Notes: a model not told the origin generated them from the sequence alone. A stretch of DNA of 29,163 nt from an uncultured Syntrophaceae bacterium (GCA_964579455.1 CAZOHQ010000001.1:1-29163); one strand, 5' to 3'. Counted from the first letter of the stretch, positions 9,578-19,841 are shown. Numbers and translations: made by a program.

Positions 9578-12500
9578 ATGCCAAAACGTACTGATATAAA
9601 AAAGATTCTGATTATCGGTTCAGGACCTATCGTCATCGGACAGGCCTGCGAATTCGATTACTCCGGCACTCAGGCCTGCAAGGCTCTCGTCGAAGAGGGA
9701 TACGAGGTGGTACTCCTGAATTCGAACCCGGCCACCATTATGACGGATCCCGAGATGGCCGACAAGACCTATATTGAACCGATAACGGCAGATATAATCG
9801 AGAAAATCATCGAGAAGGAACGTCCCGATGCCGTCCTTGCCACCATTGGCGGTCAGACGGCACTTAATACGGCCGTTGAGGCCGCCGAACGGGGGATCTT
9901 TGAACGATATCATGTGGAGATGATCGGGGCCGATCTGCCGGCCATCAAGAGGGCTGAAAACAGGGATGAATTCAAAGCGGCGATGGCGGAGATCGGACTC
10001 GATGTCCCCAGGAGTGAGGTGGCCCATTCCATGGAGGAGGCCCGAGAGGTCGCGGATGATTTGGGCTTTCCCCTTGTCATCCGTCCCAGCTTTACCCTCG
10101 GTGGTACCGGCGGTGCCCTGGCCTATAATGCCGAGGAGTTTGAAGACTGCGCCTCCTATGGTATCGAACAGAGCATGATAAACGAGATCCTCATAGAGGA
10201 ATCTGTCCTCGGGTGGAAGGAATACGAACTGGAAGTCATGCGTGATCATAAGGACAATGTGGTCATTATCTGTTCCATAGAAAACTTTGACGCCATGGGG
10301 GTTCACACGGGTGATTCCATCACCGTCGCCCCTGCCCAGACACTTACGGACAGGGAATATCAGTATCTTCGCAATGCATCCATTGCAGTCATTCGAAAGG
10401 TGGGAGTTGCCACGGGGGGATCCAATATACAATTTGCCGTAAATCCCGAAACGGGACGTGTGGTGGTTATCGAGATGAATCCCCGGGTTTCGAGATCCTC
10501 TGCCCTGGCATCGAAGGCGACCGGATTCCCCATTGCGAAGATTGCCGCAAAACTTGCCGTCGGTTACACCCTCGATGAAATCCCGAATGATATTACGAAA
10601 CAGACTCCGGCATCCTTTGAGCCAACCATCGACTACTGCGTGGTCAAGATACCCCGTTTCGCCTTTGAAAAATTCCCCGGCGTGGAAGACACCCTCACCA
10701 TATCGATGAAATCGGTGGGGGAAACCATGGCCATCGGCAGGACCTTCAAAGAGGCGCTCCAGAAAGGGCTGAGGGGGCTTGAAACGGGCCTGAACGGGCT
10801 TGACCGAAACAGAGGAGATGCCTGTGAATACAGTGATGCGCTTCTCACCCGTCCTACTGCGGAGCGGCTTTTTCACATACGATGTGCCATAGAAAAAGGC
10901 ATGCCCATCGACCGGATAGCGGAGCTTTCGGGAATCGATCCCTGGTTTCTCCAGAATATCAAAGATATCGTCGATATGGACACAACGATCGGGGGCTTCA
11001 GGGGTGGGGGTACACTCCCTCCGGATATCATGAAAAAGGCTAAGAAATTCGGATTTTCAGACCGACAGATAGGCAACATTATGGGTATGGATGAATCCCG
11101 CATTCGGACCATGAGGGAAAAGGACGGGATAACGCCGGTCTATAAGCTTGTCGATACCTGTGCCGCCGAATTTGAAGCCTATACGCCCTATTATTACTCT
11201 ACCTATGAGGAAGAAGATGAAAGCAGGGGGAGCGAAACCAGAAAAGTAATGATAATAGGCGGCGGCCCGAACAGGATTGGGCAGGGGATAGAATTCGATT
11301 ACTGCTGTGTTCATGCCTCGATGGCACTGAGGGAAGCAGGGTATGAGACGATAATGGTAAATTCCAATCCTGAAACGGTATCCACCGATTACGATATTTC
11401 GGACAGGCTCTATTTTGAACCCTTAACGCTGGAGGATGTTCTCAATATCGCCCGGACGGAAAAGCCCGAAGGCGTCATCGTGCAGCTTGGCGGGCAGACA
11501 CCCCTGAATCTGGCTTTGCCCCTGGCGCAGAACGGAGTGAAAATACTGGGAACGTCTCCGGAGGCCATTGACCGGGCCGAAGACAGAAAACTCTTCAAGG
11601 AAATGGCCGACAAACTGGATATCAGACAACCCGCAAACGGCACGGCGATCTCATTTGAAGAGGCCGAAGAGATAGTGGAAAGAATCGGGTATCCCGTGCT
11701 GATTCGACCTTCCTATGTGCTCGGTGGAAGGGCCATGGTAGTGGTCTGGCATCAGGAAGATCTCAGGGGATTTGTGAAGGAAGCTTTTGAGGCATCACCG
11801 GATCACCCCATACTGATAGACAAATTTCTCGAAGATGCCCTTGAGGTGGACGTCGATGCCGTTTCCGACGGAATCGACGTTATCATAGGCGGCATTATGG
11901 AACATATTGAGCACGCCGGCATTCACTCGGGGGACAGCGCCATGGTTATTCCCTCCTATTCGATCAAACAGGAAATGCTGTCGGAGATAAAGGATGTGAC
12001 GAGGCGTATGGCCCTCGAGCTTGAGGTAAAGGGCCTTATCAACATCCAGTTTGCCGTTAAGGGTGATGAGCTCTATGTGCTTGAAGTAAACCCCCGGGGG
12101 TCGCGCACCGTTCCCTTTGTATCAAAGGCTACCGGCGTGCCTCTGGCCAAGATCGCCACAAGAGTAATGGTCGGTCAGTCCCTCAAGGATCAGGGAATAT
12201 TCAAGGATCCTGAACCCCGGTATTTTTCGGTCAAAGAATCGGTTCTTCCCTTCACGAGATTTTATGGCGCCGATACACTTTTGGGCCCGGAGATGAAATC
12301 CACGGGTGAGGTAATGGGGATCGATCCCGATCTCGGAGTGGCCTTTGCGAAGAGCCAGATTGCCGCCGGGCAGAGCGTCCCAGATTCCGGGAAGGTATTT
12401 ATCAGTGTCAAGGACTATGATAAACGTGAAATTGTAGAAATTGGGAAAAAATTCGAGGATCTTGGGTTTGAGATACTGTCAACACCAGGCACGGCACAAA

Positions 12501-12793
12501 CGCTCAGGGAAAGTGGCGTCTCTGTCACACAGCTCCCCCGCCTTGACGAAGGTCGGCCGAACCTCCTGGACTATATCAAGAACCGGAATGTCGATCTTCT
12601 GATCAACACCCCGAGCGGTCCGAAACCGAGACGAGACGAGATTAAGATTCGAAGCACGGCACTCTCCCGTAATGTGCCACTTGTTTCAACCGTCGCCGGA
12701 GCCAAGGCTATGGTTAACGCCATCGATGCTCTGAGACGTCAGACACTGACGGTACGGTCACTGCAGGAGATATATCGCAGCACGGACCGGTAA
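9578..12793 (+). CDS. carB: Carbamoyl-phosphate synthase large subunit
   Basis: [30 protein letters not shown], two ATP-grasp halves (HTGDS / HSGDS), C-terminal MGS domain; 1071 aa. Confidence 0.98.
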   Translation: MPKRTDIKKILIIGSGPIVIGQACEFDYSGTQACKALVEEGYEVVLLNSNPATIMTDPEMADKTYIEPITADIIEKIIEKERPDAVLATIGGQTALNTAVEAAERGIFERYHVEMIGADLPAIKRAENRDEFKAAMAEIGLDVPRSEVAHSMEEAREVADDLGFPLVIRPSFTLGGTGGALAYNAEEFEDCASYGIEQSMINEILIEESVLGWKEYELEVMRDHKDNVVIICSIENFDAMGVHTGDSITVAPAQTLTDREYQYLRNASIAVIRKVGVATGGSNIQFAVNPETGRVVVIEMNPRVSRSSALASKATGFPIAKIAAKLAVGYTLDEIPNDITKQTPASFEPTIDYCVVKIPRFAFEKFPGVEDTLTISMKSVGETMAIGRTFKEALQKGLRGLETGLNGLDRNRGDACEYSDALLTRPTAERLFHIRCAIEKGMPIDRIAELSGIDPWFLQNIKDIVDMDTTIGGFRGGGTLPPDIMKKAKKFGFSDRQIGNIMGMDESRIRTMREKDGITPVYKLVDTCAAEFEAYTPYYYSTYEEEDESRGSETRKVMIIGGGPNRIGQGIEFDYCCVHASMALREAGYETIMVNSNPETVSTDYDISDRLYFEPLTLEDVLNIARTEKPEGVIVQLGGQTPLNLALPLAQNGVKILGTSPEAIDRAEDRKLFKEMADKLDIRQPANGTAISFEEAEEIVERIGYPVLIRPSYVLGGRAMVVVWHQEDLRGFVKEAFEASPDHPILIDKFLEDALEVDVDAVSDGIDVIIGGIMEHIEHAGIHSGDSAMVIPSYSIKQEMLSEIKDVTRRMALELEVKGLINIQFAVKGDELYVLEVNPRGSRTVPFVSKATGVPLAKIATRVMVGQSLKDQGIFKDPEPRYFSVKESVLPFTRFYGADTLLGPEMKSTGEVMGIDPDLGVAFAKSQIAAGQSVPDSGKVFISVKDYDKREIVEIGKKFEDLGFEILSTPGTAQTLRESGVSVTQLPRLDEGRPNLLDYIKNRNVDLLINTPSGPKPRRDEIKIRSTALSRNVPLVSTVAGAKAMVNAIDALRRQTLTVRSLQEIYRSTDR

Positions 12794-12866
12794 TGTAATT
12801 CCCGGATACGGGGATATATACACCACACAAAGGTACCATGTTGTATTGAAAAGGGGGCATGCAGTC

Positions 12867-15800
12867 ATGAGTCAGAAATCAACAACCGCCAGAGGGACCA
12901 AGGAGCTATCGCTCCTGTGGGAGGTCAGTCGGGTTCTGGAACAGGGCAACGATGTGAAAAAAATAGGGATGCCCATCCTCCGTGCCCTCGATAAATTCAT
13001 GGGTATGTCGAGGGGTTTTATTACACTCCTGAACAGGGAAACGGGAGAGATCTTCATCGAGGCCGCTCACGGCCTTTCCAAGGCGCAAAAAGAGAGAGGA
13101 AAATATAAGATAGGGGAAGGTGTTGTCGGTAAGGTGGTTGAAACGGGAAGACCCATGATCGTGCCCAAGATTTCCGATGAGCCATTGTTCCTGGACCGAA
13201 CGGGGGTGCGTAAAAATCTTCCGAAAAAGGATATATCGTTCATCTGTGTCCCCATAAGAAATCAGAACGAGGTAATAGGCACGCTCAGTGCAGACAGGGT
13301 GTTCGATGAATCGATCTCACTGAAAGAAGATCTTCGGCTTCTCACCATTATTGCCTCAATGATCGCCCAGGCGGTCCGTCTCCTTCAGCAGGAAGAAGAG
13401 GATCGTCATCGTGCGGTGGAGGAGAAAGACCGTCTGGACAGAAGGGCCTCCAAAAGCCTGCATCTTGTCAGTACGGGCCATGAATTCCTCGATACTATCA
13501 TCAATGGCTTGAGAATCGGGGATAACGTGGTCTGGCAGGTGGATGATCTCGAAGATTACAGATATGTCGCCGGGCTCTTTGTTGAAAGGTCTCTAAAGGA
13601 AAAAAAGAAGCTCGTCTATATACGATTTGCCGATCACGCGCCCCTTGTAAAACCCGGGCAAGAGGTGGTCACCTATCACCTGAATCCGGCAAGCGGCTTT
13701 GAGACATTCTCGACGGAAGTATACAATATTATTACAAAAGAAGGGACAGGCGTTAATTATGTCTTTGACTGTCTCTCCAACCTCCTTTCGGAATGGTCTA
13801 CCGATCTGATGGTGGGAAATTTCTTTGTTATAACCTGTCCCTATCTCTTTGAATTGGATACCATCGCATATTTTGCCGTCATCAGGGGGAATCATTCCTT
13901 CCAGACGATTGCCCGGATTCGTGAAACAACACAGGTGCTGCTCGATCTTCACAACGACAAGGGGACTCTCTATATTCATCCCCTCAAGGTCTGGAAACGG
14001 TATTCTCCCACCATGTTTCTTCCCCACAAGAAGGAGGGGGATGAATTTGTACCGATAATAGACAGTGTGGATGCCGCAAATTTATTTTCCAACATGTCAA
14101 AAAAGAAATTAGAACATGGCGAGAGGAGTCTTGACTATTGGGACAGGTTGTTCATTGAAGCCGAAGGTCTGCTTGAAAAGCCCTGGGAATCGGAAAAAGA
14201 AGAGGACATGATCGACAGGATATGCAGGATCATGATCACCAGGGAGCCCAGAATGTCTATCCTCGTAAAGGACAATTTTTCTCTCGAAGATCTCTTACGG
14301 ATACGGGAGAGATTGATCGGTACCGGTTTTCTCGGGGGAAAAACGGGAGGAATGCTCCTGGCCAGGAAAATTCTGGAACTCGATAAAAACTTTGACTGGC
14401 CATCAATCCTCGAGGAGCATGATTCCTTCTATATAGGGTCCGATGTCTTCTACACCTATCTGGTTCAGAATAACTGGTGGAAACTGCGAATGGAGCAGAA
14501 GACACAAGGGGGCTACTTCAAGGCGGCCCGCATCCTCCGGGATAAAATGAAGAACGGGACTTTCCCCGATGAAGTGAGGGAACAGTTTTACAGGATGCTG
14601 GAATATTTCGGGCAATCACCCATTATCATACGCTCCAGTAGTCTGCTGGAAGATTCTTTTGGAAATGCCTTTGCCGGCAAATATGAGAGCATCTTTCTCG
14701 TGAATCAGGGGGCTCCTGAGGAACGATACGCCCAGTTTGAGAATGCCGTTCGCACAATATACGCCAGTGCCATGAATGAGAATGCCCTGGCCTATCGAAA
14801 GCAGAGGGGTCTTGAAAAGGCTGATGAACAGATGGCCCTTCTCGTGCAGCGTGTCTCGGGATCACATCATAAGAATTATTATTTCCCAGATCTCGCAGGG
14901 GTAGGTATCTCCCATAACACCTTCGTGTGGAATAAGGAAATGGATCCAGAGGCGGGCATACTGAGGCTCGTATTCGGACTCGGAACAAGGGCGGTGAACA
15001 GGGTTGAAGGAGATTACCCCAGAATCGTCGCATTGGACCTTCCCCTTTTGAAACCCCATGGGGGGATGGAAGATACGAGGAAATTTTCTCAACGCGACGT
15101 GGACCTTCTCGATCTCGATCGAAACGGCTTGACGACGAAGTCGGTTCTTAAGCTGTCGGGCGAAGGCCTTGACATAAAAATGGAAAGAATTGCAACAAGA
15201 GATCACGAAACCGATCGGAAGATACGAGAACTTGGCATAAAAGATCAACAAGCATGGGTGTTGACCTTTGACGATTTTTTATCGGATACTCAATTTACCG
15301 ATGTGATGCACAGGATGCTCAAGAAGCTGGAAACAATCTATGACTATCCGGTTGATATAGAATTCACGATGAATTTTACCGATGAAGATGATTTTAAGAT
15401 CAATCTGGTACAGTGCAGGCCTCTTCAAAGACAGGGAGAAGGGAAGAGGGTTGAATTTCCGAAGAATGTCGATAAGGAAAATATCCTCTTTCAATTTGAA
15501 GGCAATTTCCTCGGCGACGGCATTATGGAGTCTGTTGACAGGATTATTTATGTTGACCCGGCACAATACACACAATTGAGTCAGCAGAACAAATATGAAA
15601 TTGCCAGAATCGTGGGGAGACTGAACCGGCAGATCGAGAACAGAGAAAATCTCCATGTCATGTTGCTTGGCCCGGGCAGATGGGGTTCAACGACACCCTC
15701 GTTAGGAGTTCCAGTGGGATTTTCCGAGATAAACAACATCTCGGTGTTGGGTGAAATTGCCTATTCGGACGGAAATCTTATGCCCGAGCTGTCCTATGGT

Positions 15801-16034
15801 ACCCATTTCTTCCAGGACCTTGTGGAGACAAATATCTTTTATATAGCCATTTTCCCGGGTGAAAAAGATGTGATCTTCAATGTGCCATGGCTGGAAAAAT
15901 TTACCAATAAGATGGATGAATTTGTCCCTGATTTTGTCCAATACCGGGATGTTGTGAAGGTTTTCGATACCAGTGAAGAGAATCTGCAGATACTGGCAGA
16001 CATTGTACAGAGAAAGGTGATTTGCTATTACTAA
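12867..16034 (+). CDS. Multidomain protein: NifA-type GAF + KaiC/RecA-like segment + PEP-synthase/PPDK N-terminal (ATP-grasp) domain + C-terminal GPGRWGS/GTHFF domain; function unknown
   Basis: ATG 12867 after AAGGGGG. Residues 13-172 are a GAF closely similar to that of the activator at 18146. From residue 199, STGHEFLDTIINGLRIGD resembles a KaiC-like N-terminus. PPDK_N motifs: GGKTGG, IRSSSLLED..AFAGKYES, MALLVQ, GLGTRAV, PVDIEF, VQCRPL. No pyruvate-binding barrel. Confidence 0.85.
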   Translation: MSQKSTTARGTKELSLLWEVSRVLEQGNDVKKIGMPILRALDKFMGMSRGFITLLNRETGEIFIEAAHGLSKAQKERGKYKIGEGVVGKVVETGRPMIVPKISDEPLFLDRTGVRKNLPKKDISFICVPIRNQNEVIGTLSADRVFDESISLKEDLRLLTIIASMIAQAVRLLQQEEEDRHRAVEEKDRLDRRASKSLHLVSTGHEFLDTIINGLRIGDNVVWQVDDLEDYRYVAGLFVERSLKEKKKLVYIRFADHAPLVKPGQEVVTYHLNPASGFETFSTEVYNIITKEGTGVNYVFDCLSNLLSEWSTDLMVGNFFVITCPYLFELDTIAYFAVIRGNHSFQTIARIRETTQVLLDLHNDKGTLYIHPLKVWKRYSPTMFLPHKKEGDEFVPIIDSVDAANLFSNMSKKKLEHGERSLDYWDRLFIEAEGLLEKPWESEKEEDMIDRICRIMITREPRMSILVKDNFSLEDLLRIRERLIGTGFLGGKTGGMLLARKILELDKNFDWPSILEEHDSFYIGSDVFYTYLVQNNWWKLRMEQKTQGGYFKAARILRDKMKNGTFPDEVREQFYRMLEYFGQSPIIIRSSSLLEDSFGNAFAGKYESIFLVNQGAPEERYAQFENAVRTIYASAMNENALAYRKQRGLEKADEQMALLVQRVSGSHHKNYYFPDLAGVGISHNTFVWNKEMDPEAGILRLVFGLGTRAVNRVEGDYPRIVALDLPLLKPHGGMEDTRKFSQRDVDLLDLDRNGLTTKSVLKLSGEGLDIKMERIATRDHETDRKIRELGIKDQQAWVLTFDDFLSDTQFTDVMHRMLKKLETIYDYPVDIEFTMNFTDEDDFKINLVQCRPLQRQGEGKRVEFPKNVDKENILFQFEGNFLGDGIMESVDRIIYVDPAQYTQLSQQNKYEIARIVGRLNRQIENRENLHVMLLGPGRWGSTTPSLGVPVGFSEINNISVLGEIAYSDGNLMPELSYGTHFFQDLVETNIFYIAIFPGEKDVIFNVPWLEKFTNKMDEFVPDFVQYRDVVKVFDTSEENLQILADIVQRKVICYY

Positions 16035-16176
16035 ACAATCACTTTTAGACAGGTGATCTCTGGCAGAAAAACCGAAAATTACTCTCTTTCTTACTGCCAC
16101 ACTTGCGGGATCCCGTGATTACGGCGTATGACTGAGGGGATCTGAAACGCTACACAGTATGCTCGAGCTATCGAAC

Positions 16177-16224
16177 CCGATACCCTGGATCATGTGATAT
16201 GTTGCCATAATCCAGGGATATCGG
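16177..16224. terminator. Inverted repeat between convergent genes; possible bidirectional terminator or stabilising hairpin
   Basis: CCGATA-CCCTGGAT (16177-16190) pairs with ATCCAGGG-A-TATCGG (16210-16224): a 14-bp stem with one bulge. No clear poly-U tail. Confidence 0.5.
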
Positions 16225-16252
16225 TGACCTTCTGATTGCTTTAATTCCTTTG

Positions 16253-16591
16253 TTATCCGATTGCCGGCCCGCCCCGCTCGCCGGTTCCGATTCTGACCAC
16301 CTCGTTAAGATCAAGGACAAAAATCTTTCCATCGCCAGGTTTGCCGGTGTGTGCACCTTTTTCAATGGCACCAACGGCGAGTTCCGCAAAATCCTCGTTT
16401 ACGGCAATCTCGATCTTTATTTTTTTGAGGAGACCGATCTCCTGGATACCCCGGTACACTTCGGTGTAGCCCTTTTGTCTTCCTCTTCCCAGAACATTAG
16501 AGACGGTGATTAAATGGACCTCAACGTTTTCAAGTTCCTTTCTTACCTCATCAAGCTTATGCGGTTGTATGATCGCTATGATATATTTCAT
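16253..16591 (-). CDS. glnK: Nitrogen regulatory protein PII
   Basis: GRGRQKG, EVYRG, TGKPGDGKIFV; 112 aa; directly downstream of amtB. Confidence 0.95.
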   Translation of the reverse strand: MKYIIAIIQPHKLDEVRKELENVEVHLITVSNVLGRGRQKGYTEVYRGIQEIGLLKKIKIEIAVNEDFAELAVGAIEKGAHTGKPGDGKIFVLDLNEVVRIGTGERGGPAIG

Positions 16592-16600
16592 GTTTTTCTC

Positions 16601-17827
16601 CTATTCTAAGATGGTGTATGCTGACTCGTGGTGCTGGGTCAGGTCAAGTCCTACCAGTTCATCTTCCCTGTCGACCCTCATACCGAAGATGGCATCTACA
16701 ACCTTATAGAGAATCCATGTCACGATGAGCGCATAAGCAATGCATGCAACGAGGTAAAATCCCTGAATGAGAAAGAGTTCTACATTACCGAAAAGAAGGC
16801 CATTTGCCCCAGCTTCGTTTATAACCTTTTCAGCAAAGAGCCCTGTAGCGAGAGTGCCCCACATTCCCCCTACACCATGGACACCAAAAACGTCAAACGC
16901 ATCATCGTATCCAAATTTTGCTTTTACTGCGGTTACAGCCATATAGCAGATCATGCTGGCTATTATTCCTATCACGATTGCCGAGAGAGGGCTGACGAAT
17001 CCGCAGGCAGGTGTGATGGCAACAAGGCCGGCGAGCGCGCCGGTGACAATACCAAGCGTCGTAGGAGCTCCGTGCCGCTGCCATTCAATCAGTGCCCAGG
17101 TAACACCGGCAGCGGCTGCTGCCGTGTTGGTGGTGACAAAGGCATTCGCGGCGAGGCCTCCTGCCCCCAATGCACTGCCCGCATTAAATCCGAACCATCC
17201 GAACCAGAGGAGCGCGCCTCCCAGAACCGTCAAAGTCAGATTGTGAGGTGCAAAACCATGGCCATTGGTTCGTATTCTTTTCCCGATAAGGATTGCCATC
17301 AGGAGTGCGGAAACCCCGGAACTGACATGGACGACGATTCCCCCGGCGAAATCGAGCGCCCCGAGATTACTCAGCCATCCACCTCCCCATACCCAGTGAG
17401 CGATCGGATCATACACAAAGGTTGTCCATAGAAGCATCATTATTACAAAGGCGGAAAACTTGATTCGCTCGGCAAATGCTCCAACGATCAGGGCCGGTGT
17501 GATAATGGCAAACATGGCCTGAAATATCATAAAGACAAGGTGCGGAATCGTGCCTGAATAATTGCCGTCCGGTTCGAATCCAACCCCTCTCAGCCCCGCC
17601 CACTGGAGACTTCCGATAATTCCGTGCACGTCCGGTCCAAAGGCGAGAGAATAACCGAAAAGGACCCATTGCAGACTCATGAGACACATTATGAAGTAAC
17701 ACTGCATCAGTACAGACAGCATATTCTTCCTTCGGGCCAACCCTCCGTAAAAGAGGGCAACGCCCGGCGTCATGATGAAAACGAGAGCGGCACAGGTCAT
17801 CACCCATGCGGTATCACCAGTATTCAT
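16601..17827 (-). CDS. amtB: Ammonium transporter
   Basis: FQAMFAIIT, AHWVWGGG, DFAGGIVVH, LWFGWFGFNAGS, DVFGVHG (both pore His, Phe gate and Trp retained); GGAGG RBS. Confidence 0.97.
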   Translation of the reverse strand: MNTGDTAWVMTCAALVFIMTPGVALFYGGLARRKNMLSVLMQCYFIMCLMSLQWVLFGYSLAFGPDVHGIIGSLQWAGLRGVGFEPDGNYSGTIPHLVFMIFQAMFAIITPALIVGAFAERIKFSAFVIMMLLWTTFVYDPIAHWVWGGGWLSNLGALDFAGGIVVHVSSGVSALLMAILIGKRIRTNGHGFAPHNLTLTVLGGALLWFGWFGFNAGSALGAGGLAANAFVTTNTAAAAAGVTWALIEWQRHGAPTTLGIVTGALAGLVAITPACGFVSPLSAIVIGIIASMICYMAVTAVKAKFGYDDAFDVFGVHGVGGMWGTLATGLFAEKVINEAGANGLLFGNVELFLIQGFYLVACIAYALIVTWILYKVVDAIFGMRVDREDELVGLDLTQHHESAYTILE

Positions 17828-17879
17828 TGTACGACCTCCAGTATAACAATTTTTAATATTTTCTACGATCCAGTACCTA

Positions 17880-17894
17880 TCAATATCCGTACCA
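17880..17894 (-). promoter_or_regulatory. Putative sigma54 promoter for amtB-glnK
   Basis: Minus strand TGGTAC-GGATA-TTGA: correct GG spacing, with -12 GC changed to GA. About 53 nt from the amtB start; UAS pair 80-125 bp upstream. Confidence 0.6.
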
Positions 17895-17972
17895 AATGAT
17901 ACTGGTATTCATATCTATTTGATAATATAATAAATCTATCAAAATCTCTTTTAATAAACCGCTAAGACAATG

Positions 17973-18016
17973 CTACATTGCCGTAATTAACATTGGATAA
18001 AATAACAATTATGTAG
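17973..18016. promoter_or_regulatory. Tandem putative enhancer (UAS) sites between the divergent amtB and activator genes
   Basis: CTACA-TTGC-CGTAA (17973-17986) and TAACA-ATTA-TGTAG (18003-18016), 30 bp apart. Confidence 0.7.
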
Positions 18017-18145
18017 TATTCTCCATCCTTATCAATGTGACGGTCGAAATGAAGGCAGCAAGTGAAGGTGGTTACTCTGTATTTGCTACAGCCCTGTTAA
18101 TGGGATACAGGGCAGGCTGGTAACTTACACACGAGGAGCATGAGG

Positions 18146-19708
18146 ATGGAGCAGAAGGAAAAGCATAAAGCAACCCGGAAGAGCAGGGAAATGAGTGAAC
18201 TTTCCTTGCTCTACGAAGTCAGCCAGGCCCTTGGTCGAAGCCTGGAAATTCGAGAAGTGACAGGACCCGTATTAAATGCACTGGCGGAGAAAATGGGTAT
18301 GACACGGGGGACACTGACACTCCTCAATAGAAACAGTGGAGAGATGTTTATAGAGATAGCCCACGGATTATCCGAGATGCAGAAAAAGAAGGGACGATAT
18401 CAGATAGGCGAAGGAGTTACCGGCAAGGTAGTGGAAACCGGCCAGCCAGTAATCGTTCCCCACATCTCCGATGAACCCCTTTTTCTGGACAGGACGGGAT
18501 CACGAAAAGATCTTAACAAAACGGACATTTCTTACATCTGTGTCCCCATAAAAATTGGAACGGAGGTCATCGGGGCCCTCAGCGCCGACAGGCTCTTTGA
18601 CGAGACCATATCCCTAAAAGAGGATGTACGACTCCTTTCGATTATTGCATCCATGGTAGCCCAGGCAGTTCGGCTTCGCCAGGAGACACAGGAAGAACGT
18701 GAACTGCTGATTCAGGAAAACCTGCGCCTGCAGAGCGAATTGAAAGAAAAGTTTCGTCCCTCGAATATCATAGGCAAGTCCAAGGGAATACAGGAGGTAT
18801 ATCAACTCATTGCCCAGGTATCCAACAGCACTGCCAACGTATTGATCCGGGGTGAAAGCGGGACAGGCAAAGAGCTTATAGCAAATGCCATTCATTTTAA
18901 CAGTATGAGGGCCAGTAAACCCCTGGTCAAGGTCAATTGTGCCGCACTCCCCGAAACGGTCCTCGAAAGCGAGCTTTTCGGTCATGAAAAGGGAGCTTTT
19001 ACGGGAGCCACTTCCTTGAGAAAGGGGCGATTTGAACTGTCTCATGGGGGGACAATATTTCTCGACGAGGTGGGAGATCTTCCCCCAATGGTACAAATAC
19101 GGCTTTTGAGGGTCCTCCAGGAACGCGAATTTGAGCGGGTGGGCGGAACCCAGACGATGAAAATCGATGTGCGGGTGATTGCAGCGACAAACAGGAATCT
19201 GGAAACATTGATGGAAAAGGGAGATTTCAGGCAGGATCTCTACTATCGGCTCAATGTATTCCCCATCTATGTGCCCCCTCTCAGAGAACGGAAATCTGAC
19301 ATTCTGCTTCTCACCGACTTCTTTGTGGAACGGTACGCCAGGGCAAATAATAAGAGGATTCAGCGAATCTGTACCCATGCCATAGACATGCTTATGAGTT
19401 ATCACTGGCCGGGTAATGTCAGGGAATTGGAAAACAGTATTGAGCGGGCAGTCCTTCTCAGCAATGAGGGTGTGATCTATGGATATCATCTTCCCCCCAC
19501 GCTGCAGACCTCTGCATATTCAGGAACGATTCCCTATGGAACGCTTCAGGGCGAGGTTGACCGATATGAGCGCGATCTCATAATGGATGCCCTGAAGACC
19601 TCAAGGGGAAACATGTCAAGGGCTGCGAAAATTCTCGGTACCACGGAAAGAATCATCGGATTGCGGGCCCAGAAATACGATATAGACTCTAAGCGCTTTC
19701 GTACATAA
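18146..19708 (+). CDS. NifA-type sigma54-dependent transcriptional activator (GAF-AAA+-Fis HTH)
   Basis: N-terminal GAF, GESGTGKE, GAFTGA, FLDEVGDL, WPGNVREL, C-terminal HTH (RGNMSRAAKILG). Start 18146 is preferred to 18140 on RBS spacing (GAGGAG at 18133-18138). Confidence 0.95.
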   Translation: MEQKEKHKATRKSREMSELSLLYEVSQALGRSLEIREVTGPVLNALAEKMGMTRGTLTLLNRNSGEMFIEIAHGLSEMQKKKGRYQIGEGVTGKVVETGQPVIVPHISDEPLFLDRTGSRKDLNKTDISYICVPIKIGTEVIGALSADRLFDETISLKEDVRLLSIIASMVAQAVRLRQETQEERELLIQENLRLQSELKEKFRPSNIIGKSKGIQEVYQLIAQVSNSTANVLIRGESGTGKELIANAIHFNSMRASKPLVKVNCAALPETVLESELFGHEKGAFTGATSLRKGRFELSHGGTIFLDEVGDLPPMVQIRLLRVLQEREFERVGGTQTMKIDVRVIAATNRNLETLMEKGDFRQDLYYRLNVFPIYVPPLRERKSDILLLTDFFVERYARANNKRIQRICTHAIDMLMSYHWPGNVRELENSIERAVLLSNEGVIYGYHLPPTLQTSAYSGTIPYGTLQGEVDRYERDLIMDALKTSRGNMSRAAKILGTTERIIGLRAQKYDIDSKRFRT

Positions 19709-19744
19709 AAGTAATTACCGAAGCATAATCCTACATAATGGTGG
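19701..19744. promoter_or_regulatory. Tandem putative enhancer (UAS) sites upstream of the glnA promoter
   Basis: GTACA-TAAA-AGTAA (19701-19714, overlapping the activator stop codon) and CTACA-TAAT-GGTGG (19731-19744), 30 bp apart. Confidence 0.7.
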
Positions 19745-19841
19745 AATTTTTTAGCATATCCACCGTCATTTTCTCTCGTTACATTGGCAGAACATCAGTT
19801 AATACATGACTATAGATCATGTTTTTTCAAACTGATGACTT

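Noticed and set aside
14319-16034. Annotating the fusion protein as PEP synthase/PPDK
   Set aside because: Only the ATP-grasp part is present; the pyruvate-binding barrel and TSH motif are missing.
18091-18113. Hairpin GCCCTGT-N9-ACAGGGC upstream of the activator
   Set aside because: A 7-bp stem with no U-tract; could be chance.
18146-19708. Calling the activator nifA / inferring nitrogen fixation
   Set aside because: The architecture is NifA-like, but there are no nif genes here and the candidate binding sites differ from TGT-N10-ACA.
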